This document shows, in pieces, positions 29,638 through 39,538 of a stretch of 64,000 nucleotides of DNA (position 1 is the first letter of the stretch; each line of letters opens with the position of its first letter). The notes below the pieces were generated by a model. That model saw only the letters and a list, made by a program, of their open reading frames with translations, did not search any database and was not told the origin of the DNA. This stretch comes from Spirochaetia bacterium (GTDB lineage Bacteria; Spirochaetota; Spirochaetia; UBA9216): positions 256,001-320,000 of the forward strand of contig OZ223264.1 of the NCBI GenBank assembly GCA_965140585.1. Reading direction: 5' to 3'. A program made the translations under genes and the position numbers.

Positions 29638-29814
29638 AGGAGCAAAAAATGAAGAGTAAATTTTACGTTAGGGTCTTGGTTATTGGAATTGTAATGATGA
29701 GTCTTGTATCAACAAGTGTGTTTGCGTTCAGATCTAAAAACAATTACACCATTCCGGACAGGCTTTTTAGCGTAAATTCTCAAAAAAATATACATATATT
29801 AGATGATTATATTG

Positions 29815-29828
29815 TAGATAGCTATCTA
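29815..29828. promoter_or_regulatory. Palindromic operator upstream of the MFS/ArsR pair
   Basis: Perfect palindrome TAGATAGCTATCTA. Confidence 0.45.
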
Positions 29829-29846
29829 ATATAATATATTATTATC

Positions 29847-31070
29847 ATGAAAAATACAAATATGCTTATGTTTATCTACTCGTTAAACCAGGGAATTCAC
29901 TGGTTTGCAGTCGGTATTGTTGCCCCGGTAATGATTCTGGTGCTACTGGATATGGGTTTTAATATTGCCCAGGTTGGAACAATAATGGCAGTAATGGGAA
30001 CAACTGTAATGGTTCTGGAGCTTCCCACAGGTGGAGTAGCTGATTCAATCGGCAGAAAACGCATATACATGCTTGCTGTAGCGTTTTACATGACCGGATA
30101 TGCAGTGATTCTATTTGCGGAAAGTTTTTATCTGCTTTTTATTTCTGTCTTTCTGCTCGGGGCCGGGCGTGCACTGTCTTCCGGTTCAATGGAAGCCTGG
30201 TTTGTTGACGGATGTAAGCAGGAAGGCATGGATGATTCCTCACTTCAGAAGGCTCTTGCAAAAGCCGGTGTTGTTATACCTGCCGCACTAGGGGCCGGAA
30301 CTCTTGCAGGTGGGTTTATTCCGGATCTTACCGGTTCATACCGCTCGAATATTGCTGTTCTTGTTGGAATTTACGCCTTTCAGATTATACTTACAGGTAT
30401 TCTGGTGAAGGAAGACCGTTCACAATTTTCCGGCCGTGTTCTTGACGGTTTCAGAGCTTTTCCGCATGTTATCAGTTCAGCTGTTCAGTATGGTTTTAAA
30501 AGCAGGAACACTCTTATTATTTTAATCGCGACTTTCGGGCTTGGAATAGGCCTTTCCGGACTTGAACAGCTGTGGCAGCCGAAAATAAGGGCCCTGTCGC
30601 CTGAGTCTGGAAGTTGGCTGCTTGGTGTTGTTTCATCAGGATATTTTGTCTGCGCTGCAGGCGGAAGCGCACTTTCGGTATATATTGTAAAACTGTTTAA
30701 AAACAGGTACGCTCTTGTCTTGTTTGTTTCAAGACTGATCATGTCGGTTATGTATATAGCGCTCTCTTTCATGTTCAGTATTGAAGGTTTCATACCCCTG
30801 TATTTACTGATCATGCTTGCAAACGGAGTAAACGGATCTCCGGAAATGACAGTCTTTAACCGGGATATTCCTTCAGAGCGGCGTTCAACCCTGCTGTCCC
30901 TCAATTCGCTTTTTCTTCAGTCGGGAGGAGCGTTGGGTTCACTTTTAGCCGGTTTTCTTGCTTATAGATCCGGAATAGGAACATCCTGGCTGGTTGCCGG
31001 TTTTGCGCTTGCAGTTCTTTCATTTATTTATCTGTTTCTAAAGGAGAAGCCTGTTGAAGATAGAGTATAA
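29847..31070 (+). CDS. MFS transporter
   Basis: 'ELPTGGVADSIGRKR' motif A; about 12 TM helices. Confidence 0.92.
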   Translation: MKNTNMLMFIYSLNQGIHWFAVGIVAPVMILVLLDMGFNIAQVGTIMAVMGTTVMVLELPTGGVADSIGRKRIYMLAVAFYMTGYAVILFAESFYLLFISVFLLGAGRALSSGSMEAWFVDGCKQEGMDDSSLQKALAKAGVVIPAALGAGTLAGGFIPDLTGSYRSNIAVLVGIYAFQIILTGILVKEDRSQFSGRVLDGFRAFPHVISSAVQYGFKSRNTLIILIATFGLGIGLSGLEQLWQPKIRALSPESGSWLLGVVSSGYFVCAAGGSALSVYIVKLFKNRYALVLFVSRLIMSVMYIALSFMFSIEGFIPLYLLIMLANGVNGSPEMTVFNRDIPSERRSTLLSLNSLFLQSGGALGSLLAGFLAYRSGIGTSWLVAGFALAVLSFIYLFLKEKPVEDRV

Positions 31071-32061
31071 CTCCGCTGTAGATCTCTGCTGTGCTATGCT
31101 TCAGTTTGTTCACTGGGATGAGATAAAAGGTTTTGTCCCGGGATATACCTACAGTCCGGAACTTGATGCCTGGTACGAGGAAGTGAATAACGGACTTTCA
31201 GGGGTTATTAAGGCGGATCTGAATTATCTGATTCATGATTTTATCGGTCTGATTTTTCTTCCGGTTGATCTTGCTCTTAACGAGAATATTGTCGAGCCGA
31301 AACAATTGATTCAGAGGCTTGAATCTGCAGATCCTCAGCTGCTCACAGAAAGACTTTTTAATACCTATCTTACCGGAAGGGGCTTTGCTGAGGTAGCGGG
31401 AGATGACGATAAAATTCTCAGCGCTATCCGGCTGGCTGACGGAACAACCAAAAAAAATGAAGCTGAAAAGTTTCTTGATTACACCCGGTCTCCGGACGCC
31501 TACCGCAGCCGGCTTGCAGATACTATGCGGAAATTTCTTGAGGTTGCGTTTGAACCTTTTTCAGAGATTGTTCAGAATGAAATATTCAGACAGATAGAAG
31601 CTGATCAAATGCTGCTGGACTCGGATCCCGACAGATTTTTCAGCGGGTACTGCAGAACTAAGCCGGAAGACGGTCTGGAAACCAGCCGGCTGCTGATAAG
31701 TTTTTTTGATGAGCTGGATATAATCTACATTGATAATCCTTCGACTATAATCTACGGCCGGTGCAGGTTTCTGATGGAGGACAGCGGCAGTATTCCACTT
31801 GAGCAGATTTACAGCCTGCTTGCAGACGAAAGCCGTAGAACAATTCTGCAGATGCTCTGCAGGAAGCCCTGGTTTATCAGGGAGATAGCAGATGAACTGA
31901 ATATAACCTCTGCTACAGTTTCGTACCATATGAGTAAATTATCAGCCCTCGATCTTGTTAGTTATGAACAGGGTGAACGTAAGCGTATATACTATCGTGC
32001 CAACAGGGCAAATGTAGATAAGATGCTTGAGATGCTTAAAAAAGATATTACCGGTATATGA
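31054..32061 (+). CDS. ArsR/SmtB-type regulator with C-terminal HTH
   Basis: 'LADESRRTIL...EIADELNITSATVSYHM'. Confidence 0.85.
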   Translation: MKIEYNSAVDLCCAMLQFVHWDEIKGFVPGYTYSPELDAWYEEVNNGLSGVIKADLNYLIHDFIGLIFLPVDLALNENIVEPKQLIQRLESADPQLLTERLFNTYLTGRGFAEVAGDDDKILSAIRLADGTTKKNEAEKFLDYTRSPDAYRSRLADTMRKFLEVAFEPFSEIVQNEIFRQIEADQMLLDSDPDRFFSGYCRTKPEDGLETSRLLISFFDELDIIYIDNPSTIIYGRCRFLMEDSGSIPLEQIYSLLADESRRTILQMLCRKPWFIREIADELNITSATVSYHMSKLSALDLVSYEQGERKRIYYRANRANVDKMLEMLKKDITGI

Positions 32062-32073
32062 ACAAGCCCATAG

Positions 32074-32345
32074 TTTAATCTAATCGATAGTATCTGTAGT
32101 AAAACTTTCTATGGGTACATCAATTACCTTGTTATCAGATTTCTCGAACATAGTTTTTATCAGGATTCTGGCCAAGAGTAAAGTCGGCCATCTCTTCTTT
32201 CAGAAGCTTTATTTTGTCAGGAATAATATCATGGCATATGAGTTTGATTTTTCCTGTTTTTTCGGCCAGTTCAATGGCCTTTCCGACTCCTGCCGCGCCG
32301 CCTCCGGTGATTTATATGCCTCTTAAATCCGGAAATGCTTTCAGA
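32074..32345 (-). pseudogene. Remnant of a LacI-type sugar-binding domain
   Basis: Hand translation 'PDLRGI*ITGGGAAGVGKAI...KLICHD...ADFTLGQNP' with a stop and a frameshift; ends approximate. Confidence 0.6.
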
Positions 32346-32399
32346 TAACTCATCGTAATCTGAAAGGCTGTTTCAGTTTTATCCTGGTTTTCTTCTACC

Positions 32400-32616
32400 T
32401 GCACTATGTCAAGATCGGCATGAAAATCTTTGATTTTGTTGATGAGTTTAAAAAGCGGGATATGCATATTTCATGTCTGCGCTGTCACGGAAACCCTGTT
32501 CATCCGCAGAAGGTTATGATGGTGTTATCAGTATTGAGCATGAAGACTCATATATGTCAGTTGAGGAGGGGCTTAACAAGGCTGTTGCCAACATGAAGCA
32601 GACTTCTTATTTTTAA
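32400..32616 (+). pseudogene. Internally deleted sugar phosphate isomerase/epimerase remnant
   Basis: N-terminal 'ISCLRCHGNPVHP' joined out of frame at about 32510 to C-terminal 'GYDGVISIEHED'. Confidence 0.7.
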
Positions 32617-32697
32617 ACCTGCATCCAAGCCGAAGGCTTTTGATATAGATGAGAAGTTTCTGAAGTGAAAAGGAGTTCTTAGACCCAAGAACGTAAT

Positions 32698-33983
32698 TTA
32701 AAAAAGTTCCATCTGGCCGGTATCGGATTCGCTCCTAATCTTCCGGTTCCGGACGTAGTGTTTTTCATAATTATCTCCGGGTAATGCATCACCCATTACT
32801 GTTTTTCCACCCCACTTGTGAGAATTTTCCCATTCACGTTCAATAACTTTTTCAACATCTGCTGTAGGGGCTGTATGTTGTTCAATCCCATCTGGTAAAT
32901 CTGTCGAGGTTTTTAATTCCCCTGCAGACGGACATCATTTCCGGTCTTTGCATGACCGAGCGCTCTTTTTACAACAGAGATGCTGCGGTCGTATATATCC
33001 AGCGGAACAGGTGCCGGGTGGCCGTCCCTTTCCTCCATGTGCAAAGGAGAATCGTGCAGGATCAGAGAACCTTGACGGACCTCCGTAGATGATCTCACTG
33101 ACCAGTGCCAGAGACTGAACTGTCCGCGGTCCGACTCCTTCCATCAGAAGCGCTTCGCTGAAGTCAGAGAACTCCCTGGTCCCATGCTGCTGCAAGCGCA
33201 GCTCCAAGCCGTTTTGAAATTACATCTTCGGGCGCGAACTTCATGATGTGAAGGAAGTACTATTCGTCTTGACCGCATAAGAGCATCAAGTTCCCGTTTT
33301 TGTCTGTCAGGATGTTCCATCAGGAAGTCGAGTATCCCCTTCCGGTTCGCATCGGCCCGGGAATCGCTTAGATTCAGAAGTTCCCCCTGGTAGGGTCCGA
33401 CAAACTGCGGTATGAGGATCACTGAAGAACGATTTAATTTCAGATGAATGCCAGTGATATCGTCTGGCTTTTCCTGTGTCTTTGTTCATGCCCTGCTGGA
33501 CAATGGCCCAGTTGCCGTTTTCAGTGATAACAAAATTATGTAGATAGATCTGAAAACCGTCCTGAATAACAGGAATTGTCAATTTTAGCGGTAAGCCTGC
33601 TTGTCCGGGTGAGCTGTTCGCCGGACAGACCGGTTTTCATTGCATATTCGAGCAGTTCCGCCGGAGTATTTCGCGAATATTTTCCCCGGCCCCCCCAGCA
33701 CGGCAATACCAAGTTCGGAGCTGCGCGGATTCAGTCCACGCTGAATTGCCCTCATCACCGAGGTCGTAATTCCGGTATGAATGCCAGTCCATCCATCCCC
33801 AGCACAGCACCGAAGGCCTGGAACCAGAACGGATCTGATACCCTTCTTAGGACCCTCGTCGGTTCCTCCGTCTGTTATGATTGCTTCTATTATTGATGTT
33901 CCAAGAATCATCATACGGTCTGCAAGCCATTTCGGTACCGTTCCGTAATGAAGCGGCAAGTCGGCACTGCCTCCGCGTTTCAT
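32698..33983 (-). pseudogene. DUF763 domain protein, multiply frameshifted (real decay or sequence error)
   Basis: 'ADLPLHYG.VPKWL'; 'WAIVQQGMN...ARRYHW'; 'DPARFSFAHGGK'; reconstructed end 'GQMELF*' at 32698. Confidence 0.85.
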
Positions 33984-35126
33984 TTCCCGTAGGTTCCCTG
34001 CTGCCTGCGTTCTCTTTTTGCTATGTACATATTCTGGTCTGCGGCATGAAGGAATTCATGAAAGCTTCGGTGCTTATCGGGAGAATAAATGATGTAGCCG
34101 GCACTCAATGAAATATTATATGGTTTTTTATTTTTAGTGTTAACTTCAGAGATTTTATCGTATATACGCTGGATTACAGCATGAATCTCGGCCGGTGCAT
34201 TTGTCTCAAGCAGAAGCATAAACTCATCACCGCCGAATCTGGCAGCTCTGTCCATCCGTTTTATGGAGCTGTTGAGTAGGGCTGCAGTCTGGACAAGTAC
34301 GGCATCACCTTCGCTGTGACCGTAATCATCATTGATTTCTTTAAAGCCGTCCATATCCATCATTACGAGGGTGAAGGAGCCCTTCCTCTCATAATCCTTA
34401 ATTCTCAGCTGTATATATTCATCAATCTGCTGACGGTTAAGAAGTCCGGTAAGGTAATCCCGTATCTCCCTCTGTATTTCAAGGAATATGTAAACAAAGG
34501 TCACGGCAAGTGCGACTGAAGGCCATATAAGGGTTGTTCCATAAAATCTCATCTGTAAAATAGTGCCGGTCACAGGAAGTATACCGAAAAGGGCAACGCC
34601 TCTTATGATATCCTTAGAGACCGACCTTCTGTTTTGGATTACGAGAAAATATGAATATAACAGTGTCAGCAGCTGAATAAGTGCGACAAGAAAAAACTCC
34701 GGGACCTCTCTGATAGTTGTTGTCAGCATCAATATAAAATATAAACCCGGAGAATGTGGAATAGATTAAAATTAAGGCGGTAAGTATTAGTGGGTAAAGA
34801 TAGAAAAGCCTTTTTTTCAGCCTGATCTTAGAGTGGTTCAGCTGGTAGTCTATATAGCACAGCCATAACACCAGCGGAACCGGGCCGGACAATATCAGAA
34901 TGAAATTAAACAAAAACAGGAAAGTACGTGAGCCCTGTCCGGGCAGGCCGTCCATAATCCAGGGTAGTGCATCCAATACCAGCAGTACAATAACGCTCCA
35001 GCAGAGAAGCAGGAAAATCCTGGTAGTAACTGATTTAAAAGACTGTTTAAGCTGGATAACAGCAATAATCATAAAAAGAATTATGATCATAAAAATATCC
35101 AGATCAATTAACTGGTATTTCAGCAT
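33980..35126 (-). pseudogene. Membrane diguanylate cyclase split by one frameshift
   Basis: TM N-half and GGDEF C-half join if one base is removed from the A6 run at 34691-34696. Confidence 0.85.
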
Positions 35127-35189
35127 TCACTGATTTTATAGCCAAAACTAGTATTTTTCAATCAGGGTTTTATCATTGGAAATAATAGT

Positions 35190-37063
35190 TTGACCTCTCA
35201 GTATGAGGGGTTTATAATGATGAAAATGAAAAAAGTACGCAGTATGTTTTCTATCAGATTTATTCTGGTTTTTATGCTAGTACTGCAGTCTGTATTTGTA
35301 CTGTCGATTGCCGCCTATCTTTTCCGATTTAAAATTAATAATTCTGTAGAGAAGATGGCCGGCAATGTTTTCTATACCCTCTCAGAACATATTAATTCAC
35401 AGCTAACCGCATACTTCATGGTCCCGGAAGATATAAACAGGCTGAATCTGACACTTTATAAATCCGGTTATCTTAATAAATCTGATTTTTCATTTATGCA
35501 GAAGCATTTTTATAAGCAGTCCGAATTCTTCCCCTTTGTGAGCAGTATCTATTTTGGTTCAGCAGGCGGCGGTTTTGCAGGCGGCGGTGTTGATTTGCAC
35601 AATGAACTTTACTATATCATGGGCATTGAAGAAGGCGGTGACGGTAATTTTTATTTAAAAGAAATGGATTATTCAGAGGAGTTCACCGGTCTGGAATGGA
35701 CTGCTGAGAATATGTAGACGACCCGTCGGCCATGGTATGCCGGTGCTGTAGAAAACGGCGGAAATTTTTATTCTGAGCCCTATCTGCTACTGAAGATGAA
35801 TTGGGAATCTCTGTCAGTGTTCCTGTGTACGATGAGACCGGTGCTGACCTGGATGGCGTGTTTTGTACGACTCTCTTCCTGTCTGATATATCCGAATTCC
35901 TTGAAAAAATTTTTTACGGAAGCGAGCTTGTTGATGCGGTAAGGACGTTTTCGATTGTTATACCTGTTGACCTTTTTTTTATTCTTCTGACTTTATTCTA
36001 TATCAGAAAAACACTTCCTCCTATAAAGAAGATGATCGAAACAATGAATGCTTTTCCCGAAAAATTTGAAACTGGTTTTGAGGGGAGTCTGCTTAGGGAG
36101 TTTTGTGATATAGATCTTGCTTTCCGGCATATGGCCCAGAGACTACTTAAAACTCTGGGGAGTCTGAGGCATGAGCAGCAGTTTAATGATGTGATGCTCA
36201 ATTCCTCTCTGGATATATTTGTCGTTTTTGATTTACTTTCTGGAAAGACGCTGATATGGAACAGGAAATTCTGTGAGCTCTCCGGCTACACTGATGAAGA
36301 AATTAAAGAGTATGGTTCTCCGGAAATCTGGTATGATAAAGAAGACCTGTACAGATGGACAAACATCTCACTTCCCGAGCTGGTGGAAACAGGGACCAAT
36401 ACAACCACCATGCACCTTATTGCAAAGAGCGGAGAGCGGATTCCGGTAGAGTATAACTGTTCTGTAATCTATTTTAATGATGAAAAAGAAAGGCCCGTAC
36501 TTGCTGTAGATCGTGATATGCGTGAAAAACTGGCTGTCGAACATAAACTTAAAGATTCTGTCAGTGAGAAAGAAGTCCTGCTAAAAGAGCTGTATCACCG
36601 TACAAAAAATAATATAAATGTAATTCTTTCCATGATTAATCTTCAGATGGGGTTTATTCATGATAAGAAATACAATGCTCTTCTGCGGGAGCTTTCGGAT
36701 AAAATTCAATCCATGTCGCTGGTTCATAAAAAGCTCTATGAATCTTCGAACTTGTCAAAGATTGATCTCGGTGAGTATCTGGCGGAATTGTCGAGACTTC
36801 TGATGTATTCATACCGTAATGATGACAGATTCCTGGCGCTCACCGCTGAAGTTGAAAAGATAAATGTATCGATAGATCTGGCTGTTCCCTGTGGACTTCT
36901 GCTGAGTGAACTTCTGTCCAATACTTTCAAGTATGCTTTTGTTGACTCTGCTTCCGGAAATGTTGAGTTTGAAATTGTAGAAACCGGGGGGCTTGGCTGT
37001 ATAATAAGATTCCCTGTGAGTTCGGGGAAGGAACGGAATATTGAAAAAAATACTAATCGTTGA
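35190..37063 (+). pseudogene. Cache/PAS/HisKA_2 sensor kinase, disrupted
   Basis: In-frame TAG at 35715 before 'RPWY'; frameshift near 35795; 'ELYHRTKNN' H-box; D/G boxes missing. Confidence 0.75.
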
Positions 37064-38247
37064 AGACGAGGCGTTTGCTGTTATGTCGTTAAAATACTAC
37101 CTTGAGGAGCAGGGCTTCTCATGCACTACCGCCGCTACAGAAGCTGAAGCCCTATCCGAATATTCCAGTTTCTGTCCTGACTTTATCCTGATGGATGTTT
37201 CGCTTGCTGACGGCAGTGACGGGATTTCTGCTGCAGAAAAAATAATACCTATAGTTTTTTTAGTGATAATTTCACTCTTTACAAATTGCACAACATCTAC
37301 ATTTACTGATAAGTCAAGTGATGAATTTATGGCGTATCTGAAAAATGAAATTACAAACAAAAGTGATGGGAATGCCGCATTGATTTTAGTTGAGAACGGT
37401 GAGATCTATGATTCATATTATTTTTCAAAAGGGAGTCCTGTAAATTCAGATACATTATTTCAAATTGCATCTATCAGTAAATTTGTAACAACTGTTGGTA
37501 TATTAAAACTTGTTGAACAAGGGCATATTGATTTAGATTTTCCTGTTTCAGAGTATTTAACAAGTTGGCAGCTTCCCGAAAGCAAATTTGATAATAATAA
37601 AGTGACTATAAGACGTCTATTGAGCCATACCGGCGGACTGATTGATGGTTTAGGGTATAAGGGGTTTTATGAAAATGAAGATGTTCAATCATTGGAGGAT
37701 TCGTTAACTTTCGCAAAGGATAGATTCTGGACAAAAGGAATCACCAAGGTTGGAATAGAACCCGGAACAAGATTTAAATATTCAGGTGGCGGATTCACGC
37801 TCCTGCAGCTCGTAATTGAAGAAGTAACAGATAAATCTTTTAACTCCTTCATGAAATCAGAAATTTTTGAACCACTGGATATGGACTCATCAACATTTAT
37901 AAAAGAAGATGCTGAAAAAATGAATTTGTCTGAATGTTTTACGAATACAGGTAAAATAGTTGAATATATGAAATTTACATCACTTTCTGCTGCTTCTTTG
38001 TTCATTAGCAGTGCTGATATGTATAAATTTATAAAACTGTTTTTGAAAAATTGAAATAAAGAACCTTATTACAATAATTTATTCGGAGCTGGATTCCGGA
38101 GATAAAATATTCGGACATGACGGCGGGAATTATACTGCCGTAAATACTACCGTAAGAATCAACCCTGACAGTAATGACGCTATAATTATTTTTTCAACAG
38201 GCGGACACGGCATTGCCAGTGCTCTGGGAAAAGCTTGGGTTAAATAG
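37041..38247 (+). pseudogene. Chimera of a REC N-terminus and a serine hydrolase (beta-lactamase family) lipoprotein
   Basis: REC 'KILIVEDE...FILMDVSL' fused near 37240 to 'IIPIVFLVIISLFTNC'; SISK and YSGG motifs; detached 'FGHDGG' tail at 38101-38247. Confidence 0.75.
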
Positions 38248-38283
38248 CAAAAAGGATAATAGTAGAGCTTCCTGATGTATTTT

Positions 38284-38559
38284 CTATTTCTTACCGGTTA
38301 ACTTGATAATATGGTATCCGAACTGGGTTCTTACCACATCGGATATGCTTCCGACACCCATGCGGCTGCATGCTCTTTCAAACTCGGGAACCATCTTTCC
38401 GGGGCCGAACCAGCCAAGATCTCCGCCCTTTGATTTGCTTGGACATGTTGAAAAATCACGTGCTATTGCTTCGAAATTTGCGCCCTGCTTGATCTTTCTC
38501 TGAAGTTCCTGGGCCTGACTCTGGCTTTTAACCAGTATATGACTTGCTTTCCATTCCAT
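38284..38559 (-). CDS. ppiC: Parvulin peptidyl-prolyl isomerase
   Basis: 'ASHILVK'; 'STCPS...GGDLGWF'; 'TQFGYHII'. Confidence 0.93.
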   Translation of the reverse strand: MEWKASHILVKSQSQAQELQRKIKQGANFEAIARDFSTCPSKSKGGDLGWFGPGKMVPEFERACSRMGVGSISDVVRTQFGYHIIKLTGKK

Positions 38560-38632
38560 AATAGTGATATTAAACAAAAAAAATACAATTTTCAAGTTAG
38601 GAGATATGGAAGAAAATTGTTATATTAATAGC

Positions 38633-39481
38633 ATGAGCAGGAATTACATCGGAACACATGTCTCTACATACGGAGGGGTTGAAAACGCACCGCTTCATGC
38701 CGAACGGATAGGCGCGGAAGGCTTTGCGTTATTTACCCGCAATCAGCGGAGGTGGGAATCTCCTGCTCTTACAGAGGAAAGTATAAGCCTATTTAAACAG
38801 AGAATGAAGGAAGGCGGATTCACTCCGGATGTTGTTCTGCCTCACAATTCCTACCTGATAAACCTGGCATCTCCTGATCCCGAAAAGTCAAAAAAGTCTT
38901 TTGATTCATATATTGATGAGCTCAACCGCGTTAATCTGCTTGGCCTTAAATATCTCAACATTCATCCGGGCAGTACTACGGGCCTTATCAGCTTTGAGCA
39001 GGGTATTGAAAACATCAGTACAGCGGTAAACCGGGCCAATAAAATGGTTCCCGATGTAATTACCGTACTTGAGACGACATCAGGACAGAAGAATAAGATC
39101 GGCGGACGCTTTGAAGAGATTGCTGCAATAATGGACAGGATTAAACAGCCGGATCGCGTTGCTATCTGCATAGATACCTGTCATGTCTACGGCGCCGGCT
39201 ATGACGTTTCAACTGAAGAGGGCTGTAATGATATGCTTGAGCAGTTTGACAGGCTGCTTGGACTCTCCAACCTGAAGGGAATGCATCTAAATGATTCTAA
39301 AAGAGGTCTTGGTGAGCATATCGACCGGCATGAAAACATAGGGAAGGGCTGCATAGGTGAAACCGGATTCAGGTATCTTCTGAACGACAAGCGTTTAAAA
39401 GGCCTTCCGATGATTCTTGAAACGCCGAATCCGAAGGAGTGGGAGGCTGAAATAGCACTTCTGCATTCATTTCTTGAATGA
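38633..39481 (+). CDS. nfo: Endonuclease IV
   Basis: 'IGTHVS'; 'PHNSYLINL'; 'CIDTCH'; 'HLNDS'; 'DRHE'; 'ILETP'. Confidence 0.95.
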   Translation: MSRNYIGTHVSTYGGVENAPLHAERIGAEGFALFTRNQRRWESPALTEESISLFKQRMKEGGFTPDVVLPHNSYLINLASPDPEKSKKSFDSYIDELNRVNLLGLKYLNIHPGSTTGLISFEQGIENISTAVNRANKMVPDVITVLETTSGQKNKIGGRFEEIAAIMDRIKQPDRVAICIDTCHVYGAGYDVSTEEGCNDMLEQFDRLLGLSNLKGMHLNDSKRGLGEHIDRHENIGKGCIGETGFRYLLNDKRLKGLPMILETPNPKEWEAEIALLHSFLE

Positions 39482-39538
39482 CTCGTCCATAAGTGGTAAA
39501 ATTAGTACAAACTGGGTGGGGAGAATATAAAAATCTCA

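Noticed and set aside
32111-32326. 71-aa plus-strand ORF
   Set aside because: It is the antisense of the LacI-type remnant.
37041-38054. Novel functional response-regulator/beta-lactamase fusion or resistance gene
   Set aside because: The REC domain is only half present and the hydrolase tail is detached; a deletion chimera explains it better.
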